DNA of 63,981 bases, the filler included, from Octopus bimaculoides (lineage: Eukaryota): assembly GCF_001194135.2 (NCBI RefSeq). It is 5 parts of 5 records of this genome, joined end to end, with 100 filler letters (N's around TTAATTAATTAA, not from the genome) between each part and the next. Parts side by side here need not be neighbours in the genome. Positions count along the whole stretch, not along the records: positions 1 to 16,005 come from NC_068991.1; 4 more parts are not named here. One strand, given 5' to 3'. The position numbers and the translations under genes were made by a program. The notes beneath the pieces were generated by a model. The model made no database searches, was not told the origin of the DNA, and was given only the letters and a program-made list of their open reading frames with translations. Positions 1 to 11,079 of the stretch are shown in pieces (within the stretch, counting starts at the first letter, position 1; each line of letters begins with the position of its first letter).

Positions 1-22
1 TATATATATATGTATATGTATG

Positions 23-53
<31 letters not shown>

Positions 54-113
54 AAGAATTACCTGACACTTACTCAGCATTACCTGACAGCTTTGGGTCT
101 TAACCTCTATATG

Positions 114-159
<46 letters not shown>

Positions 160-180
160 TATATGAGAGTTTACAAAAAA

Positions 181-412
181 ACAGGTGACACGTAAAAAAA
201 CACCTTTTGAGTGTGGTCGTTGCCAGTACCATCTGACTGGCTCTCGTGTCAGTGGCACATAAAAGCACCCACTACACTCTCAGAGTGGTTAGTGTTAGGA
301 AGGGCATCCAGATGTAGAAACTTTGCCAGATCAGATTGGAGCCTGGTGCAGCCTTCTGGCTTGCCAGCCCTCAGTCAAACCGTCCAACCCATGCCAGCTT
401 GGAAAGCAGATT
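181..412 (+). mobile_element. RTE-LINE 3' tail / non-autonomous derivative
   Basis: Contains GTTGCCAGT..ACTGGC modules and TTAGGAAGGGCATCCAG, matching the 3' end of the RTE at 47740-48189. Confidence 0.8.
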
Positions 413-418
413 CTACAA

Positions 419-560
419 AGTTTCCATCTACCAAATTCATACAGGTGTTATTGGTTGGCTATAGTAAATGACACTTGCCCAGGATGCCATACAGTGAGAT
501 TGAGCCCAAAACCATGTGGTTGCAAAGCAAGCTTCTAACCAAACAGCCATGCCTGTGCCT
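419..560 (-). mobile_element. tRNA-headed SINE, 5' half
   Basis: Reverse complement of the SINE head seen at 15757-15920 (ACACTTGCCCA.G..GCCA, ACCATGTGGTT..AAGCAAGCT). Confidence 0.75.
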
Positions 561-1012
561 ATATACAGTTATAAATATATGATATAATGTGTGTGTGTGT
601 GTGTAATAAAATTTTCCAGATCTGATAGAATCAGGCAGTTAAACAGTAAAGCACCAAGGTAGATTCGGGGATAGCACACCTCGTTCCAACAATATGTACT
701 AACATATACATGCTTACTAAAGTAAATACAGATTTGTCATTCCAGTTATGCACACATTCATATGTACTGACAGGATACAAGACGTGTATTCAAATTCATA
801 GGATATTTAGATGTGATTTGTACTTTTTAATGAACATACTTACCTCATTCAATCAAAATTGGGTTGAAGTGTTTCCAGTGTATTGATAGAGAGGGGAAAT
901 CTTGTATTTAAAATTTATGTTTGCTGGACATTGATCTAAGCGTTTACTTATGGGAATTTTCCTGGTCGTGTAGGGTCCTGGATATATTGCCTGTGTACCG
1001 TCAAATATCCTG

Positions 1013-2600
1013 AAGATTATAAATCTCTCATGTAAAACTCTATCAAGCCAACAAACCAAAATTCTCTCAAAAGGACTGAAGTTCACTCCAACACCACAAA
1101 AATTGAATTTAAATGAGTTACAGAATGATATCAGGAATTCTGTAGAAAACTTCGAGTTAATGAAGAACTATTTGATAAAGAAATTGATGATTACTCAATA
1201 CTTCATAATAAAACCAACTACTCTCCAACAAAAAGTGAGAAACCAAACTCTGGATAAATTTTGTGATTTGGCATCCAATTTCCCCAATAATTTAGTTCCA
1301 CCTCAAAAATTTAAAACAAATACAAGCTGAGAAGAATGGAAAATCATTAATAATGTCATGGATGACCATAATATAGTTATAAAAGAAGATGATAAAGGGA
1401 GTGCTGTAGTCATGGACTCAGAACAATACATTAACACTACCCTAACCCTCCTTCAAGCCAATACCTACTATAAAAAAAATCAACAACTATTGTCAATCCA
1501 AAATAAGGACAAAGTTTACCATTTTTATCCATCAGTTCCAACAAGATTTAATGGAAAAGGAAACTAGATCTGACTGCAAAACTGCAACTTTTATGGACTT
1601 CCAAAATTCCACAAAAGTGAAGTCATAAATGAAGCCTGTAGAAGATCGACTTCTTTAGTTGTTAGTATTCCACATCCAAGAAATCTCAAAATGAGGTCAG
1701 TTATGGTCATTCCTGTGAGACACACAGACTCATTGACATCCTCCTAAAGCCTATTCTCCAGCATATACTGAACCAACTTCATAAGAGATGGCCTGGACTT
1801 TTTAAACCATCTGAGCAAAACCAGTATGGACGTTCTTTTGGTCTCATGAATTCAGAATAGAAGCTATACAATTCTGGCTGGAAAAATTCCCAAATGACAT
1901 TCCTAATCGAATTGGAAGAGGATTCATCATTGAGGGACTAAAATTCATCCTACAGAATAACTTTTTTAACCTCAACAAAAAGACCTACAGACAAAAAACT
2001 GGGACTGCAATAGGAACAAGGGTAGCCCCCACTTTTGCTAACTTTGTCATGGCACACTTGGAAGTCCAAATATATGAACACACCAGACTGAAACTTGGTG
2101 ACAATTTCCAAAAATACTAACTCACCAGCTGGAAATGCTACCTGGATGACTGTTTCAGTCTGTGGTCACATAACCTTGATCAACTCTTGGAATTTAAAAA
2201 CTTAATTAACAACATTAACCACAGTATCCAATTTACATTGGAATGCAGTCACAAACAGCTATCCTTTCTGGACATTTTAATCATAAAAGGAGTACTAGCA
2301 TAGGAACCAACATACTCAAAACAATATCTACTATTCTCTTCTTGCCATCCAAAGCATACTTAAATCAATACACCTTTTAATTTGGCATCAAGCACTTAAA
2401 AATACAATACTACAAAGAAAACACCCAGTTAGTTTAATCAAAAATGGAATAGAATGTGCAAAACAACAGACATTTAAGAATCACAAAAAACAGGAAAACC
2501 CTCTGACACACTTAAAACTTTGTCTTATGTATCAACATACAATCCAAAGAACATGGAAGAAAACAACATCATCCATCAAAATATACATACCCCTCCTACT
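1013..2600 (+). mobile_element. Penelope-like element, decayed RT region
   Basis: Frameshifted fragments read IINLSCKTL..ILSKGLKFTPTP, VIKEDDKGSAVV, LYGLPKFHK, NNFFNLNKKTYRQKTGTAIGTRVAPTFANFVM, CYLDDCF and IQFTLE..LSFLDILI, typical of Penelope RT. Multiple stops. Confidence 0.85.
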
Positions 2601-2619
2601 CAACAATCTGCAAATGAAA

Positions 2620-3606
2620 AAAAGCACTTGAAGCACAAAAATTTTGACAAGGGGACTTTAGCTTGGAAGATTTCCACTGTTCTAAATGTCCTGTCCCTTT
2701 TGATAATGATGTGTTGAAAGCCACTATTAAAAGAAATCCATATGCAACTGTTGAAGAGTTAGCAGAAGAGGTTAATTCATCATCACCAGTTGTCCATTGC
2801 CATTTGCAAGAACTTGGAATTGGGTCTAAGCTTGGCAAGTGGGTTCCACATGAACTGAGTGAAAACAACCGAAGAGACCGTGTCAATATCTGCACTGCTG
2901 TTTATTTATGTGAGAAAAAAATCTCCATTTTTTGAACTGCTTAGTGACCAGTGATGAAAAGTAGGTACTCTATAAGAATGTTAAGTGCCAACGTTAATGG
3001 GTTCAACCAGGACAACAAACAAGATCCCATCCAAAACAAGATCTTCATCCTTGGGAAAGTTTTGTTAAGCATTTGGTGGGACATGTTTGGTATAATTCAC
3101 TTTAAAACCTTGCCACAAAACAAGACAATTACAGCTCAAGTGTACTGTGAACAAATTGATAGATTGAATGAAAAACTTACAGAACAAAGGTGCTCTCTAG
3201 TCAATCGAAAGGGTTTCATTTTGCATCATGACAATGCCAAACCTCATAGTACAAGAATCACATGTGCTAAGATTGAGGAGTTAGGTTGGGAAAGACTTCC
3301 ACATCCTCTGTATTCTCCTGACCTTGCTCCTTTGGATTATCATTTATTCAGAAGCTTGCAAAATTTTATTTATGGAAAAGAATACATTTCCTTAGAGGCA
3401 CTTGAAACGAACCTTCAAGGGTTTTCTCTTCCAAGCCAGCTGATTTCTATAGAATTGGTTTGAAAAACCTTTTACAGCATTGGAAGAATGTTATTGATTC
3501 TGATTAGGAATACATAGTTGATTAAATTGGTACCTTACTTGTTTTTCTTTTATTTCTTCAAAGCCTTCTACAAGAAACGGCATGACTTACAGGGTGACCT
3601 GACATA
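2620..3606 (+). mobile_element. Mariner (D,D34D) transposon, 5'-truncated, transposase pseudogene
   Basis: Motifs KWVPHEL, HHDNAKPH and YSPDLAPLDYHLFRSLQN across the frameshifted ORFs 2663-2935 and 2951-3463. TIR-like end AAACGGCATGACTTACAGGGTGACCTGAC followed by ATA. Confidence 0.9.
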
Positions 3607-3639
3607 CGTACATACATATATACTTATATGAGAAGAATT

Positions 3640-3981
3640 TGTTACAAGCGTCGCCTTACTGGCACTTGTGCCGGTGGCACGTGAACAAAACATTTGAGTG
3701 AGGTCGTTGCCAGTGCTGCTGGACTGACTCCTGTGCAGGTGGCATGTAAAAAACACCATTTGAGCATGGCCGTTGCCAGGACCACCAGACTGGCCCTCGT
3801 TTCAGTGGCACATAAAAGCACCCACTACACTCTTGGAGTGGTTGGCGTTAGGAAGGGCATCCAGCTGTAGAAACTCTGCCAGATCAGACTGGAGCCTGGT
3901 GCAGCCATCCGGTTTGCCAGTCCTCAGTCAAATCGTCCAAGTCATGCTAGCATGGAAAGCGGACATTAAACGATGATGATG
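3640..3981 (+). mobile_element. RTE-LINE 3' tail with tandem modules and (GAT)n end
   Basis: Near match to 47850-48189. Ends GGACATTAAACGATGATGATGA. Confidence 0.85.
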
Positions 3982-4394
3982 AATTCTTCAGTATATCTTA
4001 GTACCTTATGAAGACACAGAATATGCTGCAATTATCAAAATGTATTGTTATAGAAATAAGCGAATTGACAAATAAAAAGCAAAGTACTTTTTGAAAGGTC
4101 ACCTGAGGAGACATGTCTGCACCTACAATGCATGACAATTGTAGTACCAGTGCATGATAGGTCAAAATGACTGTAGTGATCTTAATAAAGAGTCTCATGA
4201 ATTCCATTTTCTTTCTGTCATATTTTTAATAAAGTTTATAAACACAAAGGAATTCCTGAAGTAAATCCAGTGGCATGTACCACCATACTGTTGTTGACAT
4301 CAGGTAGCCGAATACTGTGAATGGGTTTTAAACAACATACTACAAAACGCATTCTCGAATATAAGATTATTACTGATATATATATATATATGGA

Positions 4395-4592
4395 ATTCGC
4401 CATGATAGATCGCTAGCCACTGTACATTCTTTTTTTCTCTCCTTGTTTCTTTCCGTGTTCCTTTCTGTGGAAGAGCGTAGGCTCGAAATGTTAAAGACTT
4501 TTTCGCTTCCCAAGCGTTATACTAATACACCTGTTTGTTGTCTACACCACCTGTCTTCGTCTTTTGTTTTATTTTGTGAATTCTCCCTATAT
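4395..4592 (+). repeat. Dispersed repeat (probable Penelope pseudo-LTR) with a GAGC-GTAG-GCTC-GAAA motif
   Basis: The same family occurs in reverse at about 21000-21186 and 25380-25520. The Penelope assignment is inference from the hairpin+GAAAC(G) motif. Confidence 0.55.
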
Positions 4593-4595
4593 ATA

Positions 4596-5000
4596 TGGAT
4601 GTTGACAGTTGTATACAGAAATGCCAATCACTTAAAGGGGATGGAACTTGTGGGAAAAGGGAGGTCCAGGAAGACATAAGATGAAGTATTGAAGGCTGAT
4701 CTCAAGACACTGAGCCTTATGAAGGAGATGACTAAGGAGATGGTGCATTGCTGTACATAAGAAGACCTCTCCACCACAGCAGAATTGATACTGTGTGCAG
4801 GTGCCATATCAAAAGCACTGGTGCTGATGTACAACATGCAGTACACTTTGTAGATTGGTTGGCATTAGAATGGGCATTCAGCCATAGAAACTATAACAGT
4901 CAAATGGAGCCTAATATGGCCCCTGACCATACCAGCTCCAGTCAAACCATCCAACCCATGCCAACATGGAAAATGGATGTTAAATGATGATGATGGTGAT
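4596..5000 (+). mobile_element. RTE-LINE 3' fragment (ORF end plus tail)
   Basis: Reads DVDSCIQKCQSL..GKGRSRKT*DEVLKADL, the RTE C-terminus, followed by a degenerate tail ending TTAAATGATGATGATG. Confidence 0.7.
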
Positions 5001-5559
5001 GATAGATGGTGTGTAGAGGTTTCCCGTCTTTGTATCCATTTTTTGAGTGTGTATGCCTGTCAGCTTACTGTATAAGTGTCTGTATGTACTTATGTGAACC
5101 TCATTATGTATATGTGTTAGTATGGATGTAGATGTATATGATTATGGGTATATATGTATATATATTTACAGCTATGTGTACCTCTGTGAGGACTGCATGT
5201 TCATATGTGTGTCTGTATACATGGGTATATGGGTGTATTTATGTCTATAATTTCAATTATGTGGACTACATGTTCATATGTGTGTGTGTGGGTATATGGA
5301 TATATGTATATATGTGTGGCCTCTTTCTTGTACCTCTCTCACTTGGTAACTTTGTGCCTCCTCTATAGCAAGACACCTATTTCTGCCTCTCTATTTCCCT
5401 GTTACACTCTAACCTTTCATGATTTGATACTGGATCACCTCCTCTAATACCCACTCTGTTGTGGTGAGACACCTACTTCTGTCTGTCTCTTTGTCAGACT
5501 CTAGCCTTTCATTCTCTGACACAAGTTCACCTCCTCAAATGCCCTGCCCCTCTCTTAAT

Positions 5560-5890
5560 TCTTTGTCTTGTGAGTTACTTGGTTACCGTGCCAGTGCTGG
5601 TGCCCTGTTAAAAACATCCAATCTACACTGTAACGTGGTTGGCATTTGGAAGGGCATCCAGCTGAAATATCAGCCAAAACTAACTTCACCTGTGCTAGTA
5701 CCATATAAAAAGTACTGAATCCACTCAGCAGAGTGGTTGGTGTTAGGAAGGGCATCCAGCCATAAAATCCCTGCCAAAACAGACACAATAGCCCAGGGTA
5801 GTTTTTCTACCTGGCTGGTTCCTGTCAACCATCCTACTCAGGCATGTATGGAAGATGGATGTTAAATGATGATGATGCTGATGATATATA
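5560..5890 (-). mobile_element. RTE-tail-type repeat fragments (mixed orientation, ends in (GAT)n)
   Basis: Two TTAGGAAGGGCATCCAGC-like motifs and GATGGATGTTAAATGATGATG. A SINE 5' half follows at about 5895-6040. Strand is uncertain for the composite. Confidence 0.5.
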
Positions 5891-7179
5891 TGATGGTTTT
5901 CTTTTAGTTTCTGTCTACCAAATCCACTTACAAGACTTTGGTCAGCTTGAGGCTGAAGCAGAAGACACTTGCCCAAAGTGTCACAAGCCTGTGATTGAAC
6001 CTGAAACCATGTGATTAGGAAGCAGACTTCTTAATACAGTCACACACACATGTACATAAAATGAATAACAGTGGAAAAATACTCAGGAAAATTTACTCTA
6101 ATGTACAGGGAATTAATCACTTCTATGCTGAATAAAACATTTTCATGTAACAAGTTTGTACACTCTTGATCAATAAGTTTAATAAACTGGAAAACAACAG
6201 ATGCTCATTAATTTTTTTAATGAGATGTTGATGAAAATATGTATTAATGAAGGGGAACATCAACTATATGTTTAATGTAATGTTAACTTTTCAGGCCATC
6301 TTGTTTTCTTACCCAATATTCAGACATTACTTGTAGGAAGATCTCATATAATTATAATTAGAATCTTAAATGCACACATAATATTCTTAACATGGTGAAC
6401 ATCAAGTTAAGAATGTTCAGTATGTATAATTTATACTAATTGATCTGTGGGAGCTTGTCTAAATCTCAGGGGTAAAATACAAGGGGGTACTTATAACATT
6501 TTAAAGCTTAGTTGATGGAAAACCCACATTAATTGATGATACATCATATATTCATTGATGGGGTGGTATCATTTCTTTGAAAATTTCATGGTCTTTGATA
6601 TAGTAAAGGAATATTTTAAGTGTATAAATAAAGTTTCAAATTATGGTCGGCAATTTCAAGGAAGCAGGATAGTTGATTACATCAACCTCGATGCTCAACT
6701 GGTCAATTGTCAGAAAGTGGTCATTATTAATGATGGTAATTACAAGGGGTGTTCATTAAAGATTTCCCTGACCCACTTCCCACACACTGGGATAAACGAA
6801 ACTTGGCATAATTATTAGTTTTTCTCATCCGAATGTGGCAAAGTGTTATTTATTTTCTGTTTATCTGGTTTGTCTTTATAAAAAAATTGATATGATTTGA
6901 ACTTTCAATCATGTATATTTGCTATGATCTTCATCAAACACTTCAACTTATATTACTATCTCTGTGAAACTAATTGAAATTTCTATGAACATTTGCTCTT
7001 TAAACATGTTTTTCTGAATTTTCCCTAGTAAATTCAAACTCTCCTAAACCCTTTATTCATTTGTTTTTTACCATTGATAAACCAAAACGTGTTGAAGCTC
7101 GTTTGGCTTTTGAATAAATCTATTACAAAATTTAAAAACCATTACATATTTAGAGATTCAGGTGCATTTTCAAACCCCC

Positions 7180-8245
7180 ATAGGCGTGGCTGTGTGGCAA
7201 GAAGCTTGCTTCCCAACCACATGGTTTTGGGTTCAGTCCCACTGCGTGGCACCTTGGGCAAGTGTCTTCTACTATAGCCATGGGCTGACCAAAGCCGTGA
7301 GTAGATTTGGTAGATGGAAATTGAAAGAAGCCCATTGTATATACAAAGGGGTACTCAAAAGAAACCAGAATTTTGCAATATTATTTTATTCACTTAGTTT
7401 TAAATGTTTACACTTTTATCACCTTCAAAGTATTCTCCATTTGAAGCAATGCATCGGTCCAGACACATTTTCAACTGTTTGAAGCAGTGCTGGAACTCTT
7501 GTGAAATGATGCAATTTTTTTAATGTCTGTTGTTTTTTTCTTTTGTGATTTGTTCAATGACAGTCCTCCAAGATCAGTTCAAGAATTTTCAGGTTTTCAT
7601 TCATTCAGGTCAACAGCCACCTTGAATGAGGTTGGTCTTCAAGCAATAAGTGATCATTCCAGAAGTGTGGAAACCACTTGTAAACTTGTGTTTTGCTCAT
7701 GGCAGAGTCCTTGTAAGGAGTTTGAAGTAATGACAACTGTTTCGGCCACTGTTTTCCCCGAGCAGAAAACAAAATTTCATGGAAGCATGCTGTTCTTTTG
7801 TTTCAGCCATCACAAAAATCGATGAACAGGGGAAAAGCACTGCAAATCAAAGACACACTGCATTGCAGTATGACCACACACATGCTGCCACTGGTCAGCA
7901 GACTGATGCCTGAGGGTCAAATCAAGTGGCTTCTTGTGGCAGAAGCCTGAACTGCAATGGGCTTGTCCCACAGAGAACATTTCTGGTTACTTTTGGGTAC
8001 ATCCTTTTATATATATATGTATATATTTATATGCGTGTCTGTGTCTGTGTTTGGCCACCACCATTGCTTGACAACTTATGTTGGTGTGTTTACATCCCTG
8101 TAACTTAGTGGTTTGGCAAAAGAGACTGATAGAACGAATACCAGGCTTACAAAGAATAAGTCCTGGAGTTGATTTCTTCGACTAAAACCCTTTAAGGTGG
8201 TGCTCCAGCATGATCGCAGTGAAATGACTGAAACAAGTAAAAGAA
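7180..8245 (+). mobile_element. tRNA-headed SINE split by a mariner MITE
   Basis: Head at 7180-7340 (GGCTGTGTGGCAAG..GGTTCAGTCCC..CCTTGGGCAAG). The 3' half resumes at 8010-8245 (..TGACTGAAACAAGTAAAAGAA). Confidence 0.85.
7342..8009. mobile_element. Mariner-type internally deleted element (MITE) with ~28-bp TIRs
   Basis: Left end TACAAAGGGGTACTCAAAAGAAACCAGAA; right end reverse-complements to TAAAAGGATGTACCCAAAAGTAACCAGAA. It sits in a TA run. Confidence 0.75.
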
Positions 8246-8249
8246 TATA

Positions 8250-9532
8250 TACTGTAAAAACCCATATAATTTACGAACATTTTTACGCAAAAACGAAAAT
8301 AAACTTTAGTGGGTGTGTAAATTATAGGAGTAGATCGTTTCCAGAATCTTAAAAAAAAATTTTTTTGCTGAAAAAGGATATACAAATGTAGACATTCGTA
8401 CTGGAAATAGACTCATTTAATGTCAAAATAGGTTTTTACAGAAAAAAATATAATGAAGTTGACTTTTATTTATGCTGGACAGTATAATGCTTACTTTTCC
8501 TGATTGAATTTACTAAAACCATTAAATGGTCAATTACTTTTTGAAGTTTGACGTTCATGCTGGTAATCATGGTCCAGGCCATATTCTACATTGCTATCAC
8601 AATGGAGTCCAGCAATTTCCTTAAATAAATCAGTTTTTCTCCACTTAAGAAGTCTAGCTTGCACTTGCCTCCAGGAAGCTATTGCTCACTTTCTGTGTTA
8701 GGACAATGAAATTCATCACTGCTACCAGCTCTTACTGCATCTAATGCCGATGACAACACCATAATTCATCGTTGCATACGTGAATATGACAGTGTTCCTA
8801 CAGAAAGCTTCATTTACCTTATACGATGTTTAATGTCGTTTCACATTCATGTTGAATTATGCAGCAATCTTATGTTTTCTTCATAGAACACTTGTAATGT
8901 ATATATTACCAGTTCTTTTGGTATAGTAGATTTTTGCTTTTCTTGTTTATGTCTCCTCACAGACGTGTATATTCTAACAAGTTGCTTCTTAAATTTCGCA
9001 CTTCTCTTTCTCAATAAACATTTAATTAAATTTGCAAAGCTGTTTATTTTCTCCTTTTGATTTTTTGTTTATTTTAGTGGGTTACCAAACTATCAGTTTG
9101 GTCTCCTGGCTAAAATGGTAATGACAAATTTTAAGTTTGCCTGACATTTTATAAGTGTGAAAGGGATTAAAATTTTGATACGCTGATTTTCTGCCTATTC
9201 TGACAAGAAGACACTTTCGACCAATCATAATTCTGTTTACATAATCAGTTTGATCGGTCACCTTCCTCTGTCGATTGAGTAAGGTATCGTCCAAGCTGAT
9301 GTTTATTGGTAATTAAACTTATTTTGCAACACTTGTGCAATATTTATCAGCTTTGTCTTTGTTGATAAGAATTATCAACAACTTTTCCTGTGATCATGAT
9401 TTGAGAAGATATACAGAAGTATGCTAAAGATCGGACATAATCTCTTGTGGGCAAGAAATGTAAAATAAAGTTTATTATAAACAACACAAACACTTCGTAA
9501 TTTAATAGCTTTCAATGTGATTTTACAGTATA
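8250..9532. mobile_element. Possible pogo/Tc1-like DNA transposon relic
   Basis: TA-flanked imperfect termini TACTGTAAAAAC.. and ..GATTTTACAGTA, with a matching sub-terminal TTCGTAA motif. No transposase motif was recognised inside. Confidence 0.35.
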
Positions 9533-9988
9533 TTTCTATTCATTGGTACCCTATGTTGACTGGTTAATACAGAGGAGGTATTCCTTTAACCCTTTGACTG
9601 TATAACTAAATTTCATGGTCATTACCATAATGATGTTAATCATCAACCAAAAAATAGAACTGATATCTTCTGCAAAACTTTTTCAGTATCTCCTGTAGGT
9701 ACAGTTTTCATATCTACCACTAAAAATATTTGATTTTTGCTCTGTAAAGAGATATTTTATGAAATATGTGAAAAAAAGTTAAGAAAATTTTAAAAATTGC
9801 CTTTTGTAAAATGTCACAGTAGGGCTTCTCCACTTCTTGTACAATAAGAGATTTTTTTTTTCAAAGCCATGGTGTATAACTGCTTTCTACATTCAATAAC
9901 TTAGGTACAAGACTTGTCAGTTTTTTTTTGTAATAAAAACAAAAACGGAAATAATGAACAGCAAAAATAAAAATTAAAAACAGCACAT

Positions 9989-9994
9989 TTTATT
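9989..9994 (-). terminator. Candidate polyadenylation signal (AATAAA) of SNRPD2
   Basis: Plus-strand TTTATT about 110 nt downstream of the SNRPD2 stop codon. Other TTTATT hexamers lie further on (9471, 9302), so the site actually used is not established. Confidence 0.5.
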
Positions 9995-10102
9995 AGATAT
10001 AGACAAAATATTTAAATGTGAAAATGATTGCAAAAAAAAAAAATAATAAAAAAAAATAAAAGGTATGATCCACTCATGATATACAAATATTTGTGAATGT
10101 GT

Positions 10103-10277
10103 CTATTTAGGTCCAGCAAGAGGATTTCTCAGCACTAATATAACAGAATCTCCGCGCAAAAACATTTTGGAAATATACCGATCTTTGTTAACAGGCTTTG
10201 ACTTCTTTTTACCTTTACCAGTCTTTGGTACTTCTGTCCACATTTCCTTTACATTCTCTAAGACCATATTGCAATGT
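10103..10277 (-). CDS. SNRPD2: Small nuclear ribonucleoprotein Sm D2, last coding exon
   Basis: Translates (R)[57 protein letters not shown], the Sm D2 C-terminal half. Acceptor is ttttctgttgtag|A (intron ends at 10278). TAG stop at 10103-10105. Phase joins the upstream exon (AG|A = Arg). Confidence 0.97.
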
Positions 10278-10439
10278 CTACAACAGAAAACAAAAGACAA
10301 AATAAACCTAAAAGTATTTTATACAGACATATGCATCTCAGTTTGACAGGTAGGAATATGAAGTTACCCATTAAGCAAAACAGACAGGTCGATCATTATG
10401 TGCTGACATACCTTTGATCTAAGGTCTACACTGTCATTA

Positions 10440-10630
10440 CTGACCTGGGGTTAAAATACTATTAATTTGCCTGCTTACATGCATTGTGTTAGTGTCTGTA
10501 TGGTGGTGTTGGTGTTGTGGTATTACTGTTGATGATGTAGATAGTGTTGTTGTGCTGATGTTATTGTTGGGTTGGTGTTGTTGTGGTTGTTGGTATTGTG
10601 AGTCGTAGTAGTATTGTAATTCATGTGGTG
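10440..10630. repeat. Low-complexity (GTT/GTG/GAT) triplet tract in SNRPD2 intron 2
   Basis: Direct reading. Confidence 0.7.
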
Positions 10631-11079
10631 GTTGCAGTTTATGAATACATAGCAATTTGCTGCCATTTAAAAAAAAAGAAAAAATTCATATATAGAAATT
10701 GTGGTTTTGAAGCATAGTGAAATAGAGATGCTAATACCAATTGTCAATGGCATGAAATCACATGTAGGCTTCATTAAAGGATGACTATAGAGTACAAACA
10801 TAATTTCATATTTAAACTCATGACAACTGAATAACACAGAACTGTGACCATTATGTATCTCAAGTTATGGATCACAATCTAAATTCCTTATTTTATATAA
10901 CATTATAGAAATATAAAACAAGTAATACAAATTTGACATCCTTCAGGATGTCGAAGATATACATTAAACTATACCATACTATAAAACATATTTAAAAATT
11001 AACACTATATGTTATGTATTGTTTATATTTGTTGTAACATAGTGTTGGCCAATAAGTCTTATATGTTCTATAGATCACT

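Noticed and set aside
836-845. ATACTTACCT resembling the U1 snRNA 5' end
   Set aside because: Similarity stops after 10 nt. It is better read as a minus-strand splice donor.
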